Source: Spirochaetia bacterium (GTDB lineage: Bacteria; Spirochaetota; Spirochaetia; SZUA-6; Bin103). Taken from it: DNA of 64,000 bases. Below the pieces are notes generated by a model. It was not told the origin of the DNA and did not search any database. It saw nothing but the letters and a program-made list of their open reading frames with translations. A program made the translations under genes and the position numbers. Numbering within the stretch: position 1 is the first letter of the stretch; every line of letters begins with the position of its first letter. Where the stretch lies: assembly GCA_965203515.1 (NCBI GenBank), contig OZ241907.1:640001-704000 (forward strand), given 5' to 3'. Shown here piece after piece: positions 15,991-26,224 of the stretch.

Positions 15991-17352
15991 ATGGAGACGA
16001 TTCGCTTCGATCTGCCGCAGTCCGAGATTCCCGCCTCCTGGTACAACATCCAGGCCGACCTGCCGGAACCGTTGCCGCCGGTGATCCATCCGGGCCGGAT
16101 GGATCCGATCGGTCCCGATGACCTGGCGCCGCTGTTCGCACTGGCGCTGATCGAGCAGGAGGTGAGCCGGGAGCGGGAGATACCGATTCCGGAGCCGATC
16201 CGCGAGATCTACCGGCTGTGGCGCCCGACGCCGCTGTTCCGGGCGCGGCGCCTGGAACGGGAGCTCGATACCCCCGCGCGCCTCTACTACAAGTACGAGG
16301 GCGTCTCGCCGGTCGGCTCGCACAAGCCCAACACGGCGGTGGCGCAGGCGTTCTACAACCGGGAGGAAGGGGTGACGCAGCTCACCACCGAGACCGGCGC
16401 CGGACAGTGGGGCAGCGCGCTGGCGATGGCCGGCGCGTTCCTGGGCGTCGACTGCGAGGTGTACATGGTGCGCGTCTCCTACGACGGCAAGCCGTACCGC
16501 CGTTCGATGATGGAGGCATACGGCGCCGGCGTCACCGCCAGTCCGTCGCCCGCCACCAACGCCGGCCGGCAGGTGCTGGACCGCAGTCCCGATTCGCCGG
16601 GATCGCTCGGCATCGCCATCTCGGAGGCGGTGGAAGCGGCGGCCGCCAGCGGCGGCAGCAAGAAGTACTGCCTGGGGTCGGTGCTCAATCACGTGCTGCT
16701 GCACCAGACCGTGATCGGCCTGGAGGCGCAGGCGCAGTTCGAGCGCGCCGGCGTCTACCCCGACGTCATGGTCGGCTGCACCGGCGGCGGCTCCTCGTTC
16801 GGCGGGTTCATCTTCCCGTTCGTGCCCGCCAAGTTGAGCGGCGCGCGCGCCACGCGCTTCGTGGCGGTCGAGCCGCAGGCGGCGCCCAGCCTGACCGGCG
16901 GGCAGTACCGCTACGACTTCGGCGACGCGGCGGCCACCACGCCGCTGCTCAAGATGTACACGCTGGGCCATTCCTTCGTGCCGGCCCCGATTCACGCCGG
17001 CGGCCTGCGCTACCACGGGATGGCGCCGCTGGTCTGCCATCTGCACGACCTGGGCGTGATCGAAGCGCGCGCCGTGCCGCAGGTGCCGGTGTTCGAGGCG
17101 GCCCGGCTGTTCGCGCGCACCGAGGGGATCGTGCCCGCGCCGGAGCCCGCGCACGCCGTGCACGTCGCCATCGAGGAAGCGCTGCGCTGCAAGGAGGCCG
17201 GCGAGTCGCGGGTGATCGCCTTCAACCTGTGCGGCCACGGGCACTTCGACATGCAGGCGTACCGCTCGTTCCTCGACGGCCAGCTCGTCAACTACGAGTA
17301 TCCGCAGGAGCGCATCGCCGAGGCGTTGGCGGAACTGCCGGCGGTCGGCTGA
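15991..17352 (+). CDS. trpB2: TrpB2-type tryptophan synthase beta-like PLP enzyme
   Basis: 'GSHKPNTA' PLP lysine, 'TETGAGQWG', '[10 protein letters not shown]', 'NLCGHGHFD'; AAGGAG SD; no adjacent trpA. Confidence 0.93.
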   Translation: METIRFDLPQSEIPASWYNIQADLPEPLPPVIHPGRMDPIGPDDLAPLFALALIEQEVSREREIPIPEPIREIYRLWRPTPLFRARRLERELDTPARLYYKYEGVSPVGSHKPNTAVAQAFYNREEGVTQLTTETGAGQWGSALAMAGAFLGVDCEVYMVRVSYDGKPYRRSMMEAYGAGVTASPSPATNAGRQVLDRSPDSPGSLGIAISEAVEAAAASGGSKKYCLGSVLNHVLLHQTVIGLEAQAQFERAGVYPDVMVGCTGGGSSFGGFIFPFVPAKLSGARATRFVAVEPQAAPSLTGGQYRYDFGDAAATTPLLKMYTLGHSFVPAPIHAGGLRYHGMAPLVCHLHDLGVIEARAVPQVPVFEAARLFARTEGIVPAPEPAHAVHVAIEEALRCKEAGESRVIAFNLCGHGHFDMQAYRSFLDGQLVNYEYPQERIAEALAELPAVG

Positions 17353-17359
17353 CCGCAAT

Positions 17360-17438
17360 GCTGCCGCGGCCTCGGCAGGCTGCCGCGGCCTCCGGCAGGC
17401 TGCCGCGGTCTCCGGCAGGCTGCCGCGGCCTCCGGCAG
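17360..17438. repeat. Tandem repeat, 4 copies of about 20 bp GCTGCCGCGGCCTCCGGCAG, each unit self-complementary
   Basis: Units at 17360-78 (19 bp), 17379-98, 17399-418 (one C>T), 17419-38; CTGCCG/CGGCAG stems. Confidence 0.9.
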
Positions 17439-17478
17439 GTTGCATTATGGAGACGCTATCGCCACATTGCGTCTCAAA

Positions 17479-18633
17479 ATGGCGTTCTTAGGAAGATTTT
17501 TCGAGCCTCCGGCAGCAAGCTACTACCTGTTCGGCCCGCGTGGCACCGGCAAGTCGGCCTGGACGCAACGCCGCTACCCGGACGGCGTCCGCATCGACCT
17601 GCTCCATCCGGCCACCCTGCAGCGCTACCGGGCGCGCCCTGAACGCCTCTTCGAGGCGGTCCGGGCGCAGCCCGACCGGCAGGTGATCGTCATCGACGAG
17701 GTCCAACGGGTACCGGCGCTGCTGAGCGCCGTCCACGCGCTCATCGAAGAGCGCCGGGGCTGGCGGTTCGTCCTGACCGGCTCCAGCGCGCGCAAACTCC
17801 GGCGGAGCGGAGTCGACCTCATGGCCGGCCGCGCCGTGGTGCGAACCATGCATCCCTTCATGGCGGCGGAGCTGGGCGATTCGTTCCACCTGCCCGCGGC
17901 GCTGCGGCGCGGTATGCTGCCGCTGGTGCTCGGCGCCGAGGACCCCGCCGACACGCTGCAGAGCTACGTCGCCGTATACGTGCGCGAAGAGGTGCAGATG
18001 GAGGGACTGGTGCGCGACCTGGACCGGTTCTCACGTTTCCTGGAGACGGTCTCGTTCTCGCACGCGCAACTCCTCAACGCCAGCAACATCGCCCGCGACA
18101 GCGGCGTGGGCCGCAAGGCGGTGGAGGGGTATCTGGGCGTTCTGGAGGACCTGCTGCTCAGCTTCCGCGTACCGGTGTTCCGCAAGCGCGCCGCGCGCGC
18201 CACGGTCGCGCACGACAAGCTCTATCTGTTCGACTGCGGGGTGTTCCGCTCCCTGCGGCCGTCGGGGCCGCTCGACCGGCGCGAAGAGATCGCCGGAGCG
18301 GCGCTGGAGGGGCTGGTGGCGCAGCATCTGCGCGCGTGGCTTGCCTATCGCGGCGGCTCCGACCGCCTCTACTACTGGCGGACTCGCGCCGGCTCCGAGG
18401 TCGATTTCGTCATCTATGGACCGGCGCAGTTCAGCGCCGTGGAAGTCAAGCACAGCGCTGCGGTGCGGGGCTCCGATCTGCGCTCGCTGCGCTCGTTCCA
18501 CGCCGACTACCCGGAAGCGCAGCGCCTGCTGCTCTATCTGGGGGAAGAGGCGCTGCTCATCGACGGCGTCCGGTGCCTGCCGTGCGAACGCTTCCTGCGC
18601 CGGTTGCATCCATCCCGCGAGCTCCCGGCGTGA
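17479..18633 (+). CDS. AAA+ ATPase with DUF4143-type C-terminal domain
   Basis: 'GPRGTGKS', 'VIDEVQR', 'LTGSS', 'KLYLFDCG', 'YYWRT..G.EVDF...VEVK'. Confidence 0.88.
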   Translation: MAFLGRFFEPPAASYYLFGPRGTGKSAWTQRRYPDGVRIDLLHPATLQRYRARPERLFEAVRAQPDRQVIVIDEVQRVPALLSAVHALIEERRGWRFVLTGSSARKLRRSGVDLMAGRAVVRTMHPFMAAELGDSFHLPAALRRGMLPLVLGAEDPADTLQSYVAVYVREEVQMEGLVRDLDRFSRFLETVSFSHAQLLNASNIARDSGVGRKAVEGYLGVLEDLLLSFRVPVFRKRAARATVAHDKLYLFDCGVFRSLRPSGPLDRREEIAGAALEGLVAQHLRAWLAYRGGSDRLYYWRTRAGSEVDFVIYGPAQFSAVEVKHSAAVRGSDLRSLRSFHADYPEAQRLLLYLGEEALLIDGVRCLPCERFLRRLHPSRELPA

Positions 18634-18657
18634 AACGATGGGCGGAGCGCCGGGCGA

Positions 18658-19542
18658 TTACTCGGTGACGAAATGCTGGTACAGCGGTTGCACGTCCGCC
18701 GGCAGCCGCTCGAATACCGCGCGGCGGATCGGCACCGCGTCGTAGTTCTTGCCGCCGGTGGCCGCGACCATGCGCTCGTGGTCCGGGGTGCCGCGAATCG
18801 ACGGCGTCAGGTTGAGCCACCACGGCGCGTAGCGGATGATCAGCGCCACGCGCGTGTCGCCGCTGACGTTGGCCGCGACCGCGTGCCACAGGCGGCTGTC
18901 GTAGAGCAGCACGCTGCCGGCGGCTCCGGTGACCTGCAGCTGGTCGGGGTGCGGGCCGTCGCGGTCGAAGTCCTGCAGCGTCGTTCCGGCCGGATTGTCG
19001 GCCAGCCGGTGGCTGCCGGGGACGATGAAGGTGCCGCCGTTCTCGGCAGTGAAGTCGGTCAGCATCCAGATGCCGGACAGGTGCATCAGCGCGTCGGGGT
19101 AGGGCGCCTTGACGTGCGTGGAGTTGGTGGCGTTGTAGGGCCAGTCGGAGTGCCAGTAGCCGCGCGCGCTGCCGGGGTTGGTGATGACGCAGTCGGTGCA
19201 GGAGATGCGTACGAACTCCCCGAACAGCTCGGTGGCGACGCCCAGGATGCGCGGGTCGGCCAGGTACTCGGCGAAGCACTGCGTGGCGTTGATCACCTGC
19301 CGCATGTTGTCCACGCCGGGGGAGCCGACGCGGTGGCCGCGCGCGCGCGTCCGGGCCAACTCGGCGGCCGCCTGTTCATGGTTGGCGCGCTGCGCGGCGA
19401 AGACCTCGCCCCGCACGCGGCCGACCCGGTCGGCGGGGATCACGCCGGGGACGACGCAGTAGCCGTGCCGGCCGACCGCGGCGGCGATCTCCTCGATGGT
19501 GCTGCCGGTGACCGGCATTCCGGCGGTCGCGACCGTATTCAT
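18658..19542 (-). CDS. Phytanoyl-CoA dioxygenase (PhyH) family Fe(II)/2OG dioxygenase
   Basis: 'GYCVVPGVI', 'WHSD' HxD, 'ENGGTFIVPGSH', 'LWHA...N...R'; ATG 19542 chosen. Confidence 0.9.
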   Translation of the reverse strand: MNTVATAGMPVTGSTIEEIAAAVGRHGYCVVPGVIPADRVGRVRGEVFAAQRANHEQAAAELARTRARGHRVGSPGVDNMRQVINATQCFAEYLADPRILGVATELFGEFVRISCTDCVITNPGSARGYWHSDWPYNATNSTHVKAPYPDALMHLSGIWMLTDFTAENGGTFIVPGSHRLADNPAGTTLQDFDRDGPHPDQLQVTGAAGSVLLYDSRLWHAVAANVSGDTRVALIIRYAPWWLNLTPSIRGTPDHERMVAATGGKNYDAVPIRRAVFERLPADVQPLYQHFVTE

Positions 19543-19609
19543 GACGGAGGCAGTATAGCAGAGACCCGGTGAAACGCGGTACGATCGCCGAATCGGCGGA
19601 CGAATCCCC

Positions 19610-20641
19610 ATGCCGGCCGGCTCGGACGGCAGCATCCTCTCCCTGCGCGGCGCGTACCAGTACTTCCCGAGCGGCCGCCGCCAGTTCGTGCGCGCCGTGG
19701 ACGGCGTCGACCTCGACCTCCGCGACGGCCGATCGGTCGGCCTGGTCGGCGAGAGCGGCAGCGGCAAGACCACCATCGGGCGGATGATCGCGCGGCTGCT
19801 GGAGCCGACCGGCGGCGCCATCAGCTTCGCGGGGCAGGACGTCACCCACCTGCGCGGTCGGGCGCTGCGCCGCTACCTGCCCAACGTCCAGGTCGTGTTC
19901 CAGGACCCGCACACGTCGCTCAACCCGCGGCTGTCGGTCGGCAGGATCATCGCCGAACCGCTGCGCATCAACCGCTTCGGCAGCCGCCGGCGGATCGAGC
20001 GGCGGGTCCACGAGCTGCTCGACACCGTCGGCCTGTCGGCCGGGGACGCCGGCCGCATGCCCGCCGACTTCTCGGGCGGCCAGCGGCAGCGCATCGCCAT
20101 CTGCCGCGCCATCGCGCTCAATCCCCGCATCGTGGTGTGCGACGAAGCGGTCTCCGCCCTGGACGTGTCGATCCAGGCCAAGATCCTCAACCTCCTGAAC
20201 GACTTGCAACGGCGGTTCGCGCTCACCTATCTGTTCATCTCGCATGACCTGAGCGTGGTGCGGCTGGTGTCCGACCGGATCGCCGTGATGTATCTGGGCA
20301 AGCTGGTGGAGACCGCCCCGGCCGACGCGCTGTTCGCGGCGCCGCTCCACCCCTATACGGAGGCGCTGCTGGCGTCGGTGCCCGACCCGTACGACCGCAA
20401 GGGATTCGCGGTGCTGCCGGGCGAGATCCCCAGCAACATCGATCCGCCACGCGGCTGTCGATTCCACACCCGCTGTCCGAGTAAGATGGAGGTATGCGAG
20501 CGCCGCTCGCCGGCGCTGCGCGAAGTATCGGAAGGACGGTCGGTCGCCTGCTTTCTGCATCACGAGGCAGCGGAGCCGCCGACCGCGCGTCCGAACGGCC
20601 GGCACGGCCGTACGATCGCTACACAAGGGAGGAACCCATGA
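19610..20641 (+). CDS. Dipeptide/oligopeptide ABC transporter ATP-binding protein (OppF/DppF-like)
   Basis: 'GESGSGKT', 'FSGGQRQR', 'CDEAVSALD', 'HPYT', 'GCRFHTRC'. Confidence 0.93.
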   Translation: MPAGSDGSILSLRGAYQYFPSGRRQFVRAVDGVDLDLRDGRSVGLVGESGSGKTTIGRMIARLLEPTGGAISFAGQDVTHLRGRALRRYLPNVQVVFQDPHTSLNPRLSVGRIIAEPLRINRFGSRRRIERRVHELLDTVGLSAGDAGRMPADFSGGQRQRIAICRAIALNPRIVVCDEAVSALDVSIQAKILNLLNDLQRRFALTYLFISHDLSVVRLVSDRIAVMYLGKLVETAPADALFAAPLHPYTEALLASVPDPYDRKGFAVLPGEIPSNIDPPRGCRFHTRCPSKMEVCERRSPALREVSEGRSVACFLHHEAAEPPTARPNGRHGRTIATQGRNP

Positions 20642-22182
20642 AGACGAACGCTCGGCGCGGCGCCGCCGCGTCGGTCCTGCTGCTCGGCGCGCTCGCCGCG
20701 GCTGCCGACGGCACGACGCTCAGGATCGGTCAGGTGGGCGACATTCGCAGCCTGGAACCGTACCGCAACGCGACCCCCAACTACCTGTTCATCGAGAACC
20801 TCTACGATCAGCTCCTGTTCAATCCGCGCAACGGCGGCTTCGAGGGCGAGGCGGCCGAATGGTGGGAGGTCTCGTCCGACTTCACCACCGCCACCGTCAA
20901 GCTGCGCGAGGGGATGGTGAGCCACGACGGCACGCCGGCCGACGCCCACATGCTGAAGTGGGACATGGAAGAGCGGCGCAAGGGCTGGGGCCGTTCCGAC
21001 ATGCCGGTGTTCGGCGGCGGCGTGGACGCGACCGTCACGGTCATCGACGACCTGACCGCCGAGATCACCTTGAGCAAGCCGTTCGCCAACATGGAGACCA
21101 AGCTGTCGCTGTTCATGCTGACCGATCCCGACATGTACCTGCGCGACGACGGCGCCGTGGCCGAGTTCAACCAGGAGGACAAGGTGATCGGCAGCGGTCC
21201 GTTCAAGCTGGTCGAATACGTGCCGGGATCGCACATGTACTGGGAGAAGTTCGCCGATCACTGGGACGCGGACGCGGTGACGATCGAGCGGGTGGAGATC
21301 ACCTACTTCGGCGATGCGGCGTCGATGGTCGCGTCCCTGGAAGCGGGCGAGATCGACTTGGCGTTCCGTCCGCCCTACGCGGACGCCGTTCGCTTCCTGG
21401 ACGATCCCGACTACACGGTCTGGCTCCCGGAGACCGTCGGCCTCGCCTCCATCCTGATGGTCAACCCCAATACGCCGGGGCTGGAAGACAAGCGCGTGCG
21501 CCAGGCGATCAGTTGGGCGATCAACCGGGAAGCGGTCTCCGGGGCGATCTTCGAAGGGCTCGGCATGCCGACCGCCGCGCCGGCGGTTCCCGCCAGCTTC
21601 GCCTATACCCCGGAGCTCGACGCCATCCCGCCGCAGGGCGATCCCGACAAGGCGCGCGAGCTGCTCCGCCAGGCCGGCAACCCGCAGGTCAGGGTCAAGT
21701 TCACCTATCCGTCGAACGACACGTCCGCGCAACTGATCGCGCAGGTGGTGCAGGCCAACCTCAAGGACGTCGGCATCACCCTGGAGCTGGACCCGCAGGA
21801 GCGCAACATCTACATCCAGATGCGCACCAGCCAGACCTTCCAGATGATGGCCTCGGTCATGGCCGGCAGCAACGGCCATCCGGCCGACCTGACCGACAGC
21901 TTCGTGTTCTTCCCGAGCGGCCACGGCTTCTTCAACGACCCGGACGAGACGGTCATTCCCGAATACGAGCGCTACGTGGAGAACTTCGAAAAGGGTATGG
22001 CGGCCACGACCGAGGCGGAGTCGGTGGAGGCATGGTCGAATGCGCTGCTGGCGATCAACGACGGCGCCTGGGTGCTGTTCCTGAGTTCGCAGCCCTATAT
22101 CAGCGTGAGTACGTCCGACCTCAAGGGCCTCACCTGGTCCCAGCACGACAAGCCGGTGTTCAAGTACGTCCGCTTCGAGTAG
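20638..22182 (+). CDS. ABC transporter substrate-binding protein, family 5
   Basis: Signal peptide from ATG 20638 with GGGAGG SD; 'IGSGPFKL', 'DKRVRQAISWAINRE', 'DPDKARELL'. Confidence 0.9.
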   Translation: MKTNARRGAAASVLLLGALAAAADGTTLRIGQVGDIRSLEPYRNATPNYLFIENLYDQLLFNPRNGGFEGEAAEWWEVSSDFTTATVKLREGMVSHDGTPADAHMLKWDMEERRKGWGRSDMPVFGGGVDATVTVIDDLTAEITLSKPFANMETKLSLFMLTDPDMYLRDDGAVAEFNQEDKVIGSGPFKLVEYVPGSHMYWEKFADHWDADAVTIERVEITYFGDAASMVASLEAGEIDLAFRPPYADAVRFLDDPDYTVWLPETVGLASILMVNPNTPGLEDKRVRQAISWAINREAVSGAIFEGLGMPTAAPAVPASFAYTPELDAIPPQGDPDKARELLRQAGNPQVRVKFTYPSNDTSAQLIAQVVQANLKDVGITLELDPQERNIYIQMRTSQTFQMMASVMAGSNGHPADLTDSFVFFPSGHGFFNDPDETVIPEYERYVENFEKGMAATTEAESVEAWSNALLAINDGAWVLFLSSQPYISVSTSDLKGLTWSQHDKPVFKYVRFE

Positions 22183-22189
22183 GAGATCG

Positions 22190-22227
22190 CCGGGCGTCGG
22201 GTCGCAGACCCGGCCGATCCCGCCCGG
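22190..22227 (+). other. GC-rich stem-loop after the SBP gene (possible mRNA stabiliser or attenuator)
   Basis: CCGGGCG...CGCCCGG outer arms with inner CGGGTC-GCA-GACCCG hairpin; no U-tract. Confidence 0.4.
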
Positions 22228-22305
22228 TTGCGTGGAGGCCGTCGATCGGGACGGCTCCGCGCAGCCGGCCCGGCCGTCCCGCCCGGTGAACGGTGAGCGG
22301 CACGC

Positions 22306-23262
22306 GTGAGATCGTACGTCATCCGCCGCCTGCTCGGCGTGCTGCCGGCGCTGTTCATCGGCTCCATCCTCATCTTCCTGATCATCCACCTCATTCCCGG
22401 CGATCCGGCGGTGCTGCTGGTGCCGATGTCCCCGCCGCCGACGCCGGAGCTGATCGCCGAGGTGCGCGCCGCCTACGGATTCGACAAGCCGCTGCACGAG
22501 CAGTACCTGATCTGGCTGGGCAAGCTGCTGCGCGGCGATCTGGGCGACTCGATCAGCAAGCCGGCGTGGTCGGTGGCCGAGCTGGTCACCCGCAAGATCG
22601 GCGTCACCCTGCACGTCACCGCCGGCGCCTTCCTGGTATCGGTGCTGATCGCGTTGCCGCTGGGCATCCGCATGGGGCTGCATCCCGACGGCTTTCTGGC
22701 CCGGCGGGTGCTGCCGGTCTATACCGGCATCGGCTTCGCCGTACCGCCGTTCTGGCTCGGCATCCTGCTCATCCTGTTCTTCAGCGTCTTCCTCGGCATC
22801 CTGCCGACCAGCGGGTTCCGCACCATCACCGAGGACCCGATCCAGTCGATCCGCTTCCTGATCATGCCGTCGCTGGCCGGCGGCATCTCGGGCGCGGTGG
22901 TGTACACCAACTTCATCAGCGCCTCGGTCGGCGAGATCGCCAGGAAGGAGTTCATCCTGGCGGCGATCGCCAAGGGGCTGCCCAGGCGGCGCGTGGTCTA
23001 CCGGCACATCCTCAAGAACGCGCTCATCCCGGTCGTGACCGTGGCCGCCCTGCAGTTGGGCACCACGGTGGGCGGGGCGGTGGTGACCGAGAGCGTATTT
23101 GGCATACCGGGCATCGGCCGGCTGCTGGTCGACGCCATCACCGCGCGCGACTACGCGGTGGTGCAGGCCGACTTCATGGTGCTGATCTGCGCCGTGATGC
23201 TGGCCAACCTGCTGGCCGATCTGCTGTACGGCTGGCTCGACCCCCGCATCCGGCTCGACTGA
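22306..23262 (+). CDS. ABC transporter permease (DppB/OppB-like)
   Basis: 'IPGDP', 'GDLGDS', 'AKGL...HILKNAL', 'LDPRI'. Confidence 0.93.
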   Translation: MRSYVIRRLLGVLPALFIGSILIFLIIHLIPGDPAVLLVPMSPPPTPELIAEVRAAYGFDKPLHEQYLIWLGKLLRGDLGDSISKPAWSVAELVTRKIGVTLHVTAGAFLVSVLIALPLGIRMGLHPDGFLARRVLPVYTGIGFAVPPFWLGILLILFFSVFLGILPTSGFRTITEDPIQSIRFLIMPSLAGGISGAVVYTNFISASVGEIARKEFILAAIAKGLPRRRVVYRHILKNALIPVVTVAALQLGTTVGGAVVTESVFGIPGIGRLLVDAITARDYAVVQADFMVLICAVMLANLLADLLYGWLDPRIRLD

Positions 23263-24137
23263 TGGGCAGCGGAGGCGACCCGGGGCGGGGCGGGGCGGCG
23301 GCCGGCCGGCGCGCGCTCGGCATCCTGGCGGCGGCCGCCAAGCGCATGCGGGCGGCCGAATGGATCGGCGTCCTGGTGCTGCTGGCCTATCTGCTCATGA
23401 CGCTGATACCGGGCGTGCTGGCCACCCACGATCCGATCGAGCAGGACATCGTCAACCGGCTGGCGTTCCCGTCGGCGGAACACTGGTTCGGCACCGACGA
23501 GCTGGGCCGCGACCTGTTCAGCCGCTGCATCCACGGGGCGCGCACCTCCATCCGCACCGCGGCGATCGCCGTGCTGTTCAGCATGGTGGTGGGGGCGACC
23601 GGCGGGCTGTTCTCCGGCTACGTGGGCGGACGGCTGGACGAGCTGCTGGCGCGCGCCAACGACATCCTGGTCTCCTTTCCCGGCATCATCATCGCCATGG
23701 CGCTGATCGCGGTGACCGGGCGCAACCCGATCGCCCTGGCGGTGGTGATCGGCCTGGTGAACACGCCGGCGATCTTCCGCGTCACGCGCGCGGTGGCGCT
23801 GCAGGTGCGCGTGCTGCCGTACGTTGACGCCGCGCGGTCGGCCGGAGCGTCCAATCTCTACGTCATGTTCCGTACGGTGCTGCCCAACTGCACCACGGAG
23901 GTCTTCATCCAGGCGCTGCTGATCGCCACCCGCGCGATCATCACCGAGTCGAGCCTGAGCTTTCTGGGGCTCGGCATCCCGCCGCCGGACCCTTCCTGGG
24001 GCGCGATGCTCAATACCGGGCGCAGCTACCTGAAGCGGATGGCCTGGTACGGCGTGATCCCCGGACTGTTCCTGATGGGGCTGATCCTGGCCCTGCAGTT
24101 CGTCTCGCGCTCGCTGCGCCGCGCGGCCCGCCCGTGA
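23262..24137 (+). CDS. ABC transporter permease (DppC/OppC-like)
   Basis: 'HWFGTDELGRD', 'YVDAARSAGAS', 'LSFLGLG..PP.PSWG'; TGATG coupling. Confidence 0.92.
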   Translation: MGSGGDPGRGGAAAGRRALGILAAAAKRMRAAEWIGVLVLLAYLLMTLIPGVLATHDPIEQDIVNRLAFPSAEHWFGTDELGRDLFSRCIHGARTSIRTAAIAVLFSMVVGATGGLFSGYVGGRLDELLARANDILVSFPGIIIAMALIAVTGRNPIALAVVIGLVNTPAIFRVTRAVALQVRVLPYVDAARSAGASNLYVMFRTVLPNCTTEVFIQALLIATRAIITESSLSFLGLGIPPPDPSWGAMLNTGRSYLKRMAWYGVIPGLFLMGLILALQFVSRSLRRAARP

Positions 24138-25141
24138 ACGGCCGGACCGGCGGTCGCGCGCGCGGCGCGCCGTTGCTGGTGGTGGAGGACCTGCACACCC
24201 GGTTCGAGCTGGAACGGGGCGTCGTGCAGGCGGTCAGCGGCTCGAGCTTCTCGGTCGACCGCGGCGAGACGCTGGGCATCGTCGGCGAGTCCGGTTCCGG
24301 CAAGTCGGTTACCGTGCGTTCGATCCTGCGGCTGATCCGCCCGCCGGGGCGGATCGCGGCCGGGCGGGTGCTGCTGAACGGCGTCGACCTGCTGGCGCTC
24401 GATGAACGCGAGATGACGGCGGTCCGCGGCCGGGAGGTGAGCATGGTCTTCCAGGAGCCGTCGGCGGCCCTCAACCCGGTGCTCACGGTAGGCGAACAGA
24501 TAGCGGAGGTGCTGATCGCGCACCTGAGATTGGGGAAACGGGCGGCGCGCGAGCGCGCCGTCGCTCACCTGCGTGACGTCGGCATCCCGGCGCCCGACCG
24601 GCGCTATGACGACTATCCGCACCAGCTGAGCGGCGGCATGCAGCAGCGCTGCATGATCGCCATCGCGCTGGCCTGCGATCCCAAGCTGCTGATCGCCGAC
24701 GAGCCGACCACCAGTCTCGACGTCACGATCCAGGCGCAGATCCTCACGCTCCTGGCCAATCTGGTGCGGGACAAGGGGGCGGGATCGATCTTTATCACCC
24801 ACGACATCGGCGTGATCGCCCAGATCGCGGAACGGATCATGGTGATGTATGCCGGCAAGATCGCGGAGCTGGGGAGCACCGCGCAGGTGATCGACGACCC
24901 GCAGCACCCCTACACCGTGGAGCTGCTCAAGTCGCTGCCGAGCCTCAGCACCGCACGAGGGGTCCGGCTGGAGGAGATCGCCGGCGACGTGCCGGACCTG
25001 GCCGACCCGCCGGCCGGTTGTCGATTCCATCCCCGTTGTCCGCGCGTATTCGCGCCGTGCTCGTCGCGGGTGCCGCCGCTGGCGACGATCGGCGGCGGGC
25101 GGCGCGTCGCCTGCTGGCTGCACGAGGGGCGCGGCGCGTGA
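24134..25141 (+). CDS. Oligopeptide ABC transporter ATP-binding protein (OppD/DppD-like)
   Basis: 'GESGSGKS', 'YPHQLSGGMQQR', 'ADEPTTSLD', 'GCRFHPRC'. Confidence 0.93.
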   Translation: MNGRTGGRARGAPLLVVEDLHTRFELERGVVQAVSGSSFSVDRGETLGIVGESGSGKSVTVRSILRLIRPPGRIAAGRVLLNGVDLLALDEREMTAVRGREVSMVFQEPSAALNPVLTVGEQIAEVLIAHLRLGKRAARERAVAHLRDVGIPAPDRRYDDYPHQLSGGMQQRCMIAIALACDPKLLIADEPTTSLDVTIQAQILTLLANLVRDKGAGSIFITHDIGVIAQIAERIMVMYAGKIAELGSTAQVIDDPQHPYTVELLKSLPSLSTARGVRLEEIAGDVPDLADPPAGCRFHPRCPRVFAPCSSRVPPLATIGGGRRVACWLHEGRGA

Positions 25142-26175
25142 GCACGACGTTCGCCTTCGCGCCGGCGCGCGACCGGCCGGTGTGGAGCACGGCGCCGCTC
25201 TGCACCCGCATGGTGTCGCCGTACCGGGACCGGGCCGGAAGGGTCCACGTCTTCGCCGACTCGTTCGACCCGCGCGAGCCGGGGCGATTCCAGGACCGGC
25301 TGAGCTCCTGGGCGGCGGTGCAGCGCTACTACTCGACCGACGACTTCGAGCGCTTCCACGATCACGGCGTGGCGGTCGGCCGCGGGCGCTGGACCGGCGA
25401 CGCCGCCACCTCAGACCCGGATTGCGTGGGGGCCGGCAGTCCGGGGGTGACCGTGGCCGGCGGCCGCGTGCTGCTGTTCTACGCCGGCCGCGGGCCGGCC
25501 GATCCGTCGGGGCCGTTCGAGCACACCATGAACCGCGCCGACCTGCCCGGGCGGATCATGCTGGCGATCGCCCCGGCGGACGCCGACGGCGCTCCGGCCG
25601 GCCGGTTCGTGAAACAGGGGGCGGTGACCGACTACGGCGCCCGGTGGCGCTCGATCCGGCACGACGACCCGCGGCCGGTGGTCACGGATGACGAGATTCT
25701 GCTGTTCTTCAAGGCGATCGGCCCCGGTCGCACCTACGCCAACCGGGTGATCGGACTGGCGCGTACGTCGATCGACACGCCGGCCGGGCCGTACGTCGTC
25801 CATCCCGAGCCGGTGCTGCGCACCGACCGCGGCGCCGAGTCGCCGCGCGTGTTTCGGGTGGGTGATGCGTGGCACATGTTCGTGCTCCGCTACAGCACGC
25901 CGGACCGGCCGGGGATGCGCCGCTACGGCCACTATCGCGGTGACGATCCGTTCCGTTGGGAACTGGTCAACGACGACGCGTACGTCACCACCAGCAACCG
26001 GCCGGACGCCGGCGCAGCCGACATGTGTCCGATCTGGACCCCGTTCGAGGACGGCCCGCCCCGCCTGGCCCTGGCCAACCGCATCGACGACGGCGCCTAC
26101 GGCGACCCTGGCCTCTTCAAGCAGTGGCTCTGGGAAATCCGCGAGGCGCCGGCGAAGACTCCGACCTCGACCTGA
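25138..26175 (+). CDS. Five-bladed beta-propeller glycoside hydrolase-like protein
   Basis: Repeated blades 'GSPGV..LLFY', 'DDPRPV..LLFFK', 'GPY..HPEPV', 'ESPRVF..WHMF'; GTGA overlap with upstream ATPase gene. Confidence 0.6.
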   Translation: MSTTFAFAPARDRPVWSTAPLCTRMVSPYRDRAGRVHVFADSFDPREPGRFQDRLSSWAAVQRYYSTDDFERFHDHGVAVGRGRWTGDAATSDPDCVGAGSPGVTVAGGRVLLFYAGRGPADPSGPFEHTMNRADLPGRIMLAIAPADADGAPAGRFVKQGAVTDYGARWRSIRHDDPRPVVTDDEILLFFKAIGPGRTYANRVIGLARTSIDTPAGPYVVHPEPVLRTDRGAESPRVFRVGDAWHMFVLRYSTPDRPGMRRYGHYRGDDPFRWELVNDDAYVTTSNRPDAGAADMCPIWTPFEDGPPRLALANRIDDGAYGDPGLFKQWLWEIREAPAKTPTST

Positions 26176-26224
26176 ATTAGATTAGGCTACCGAGCGCCGC
26201 GCGGCGTTGAGCGTACTCGTGCCA

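Noticed and set aside
17360..17438. CRISPR array
   Set aside because: Repeats are contiguous with no spacers, and no cas genes are present.
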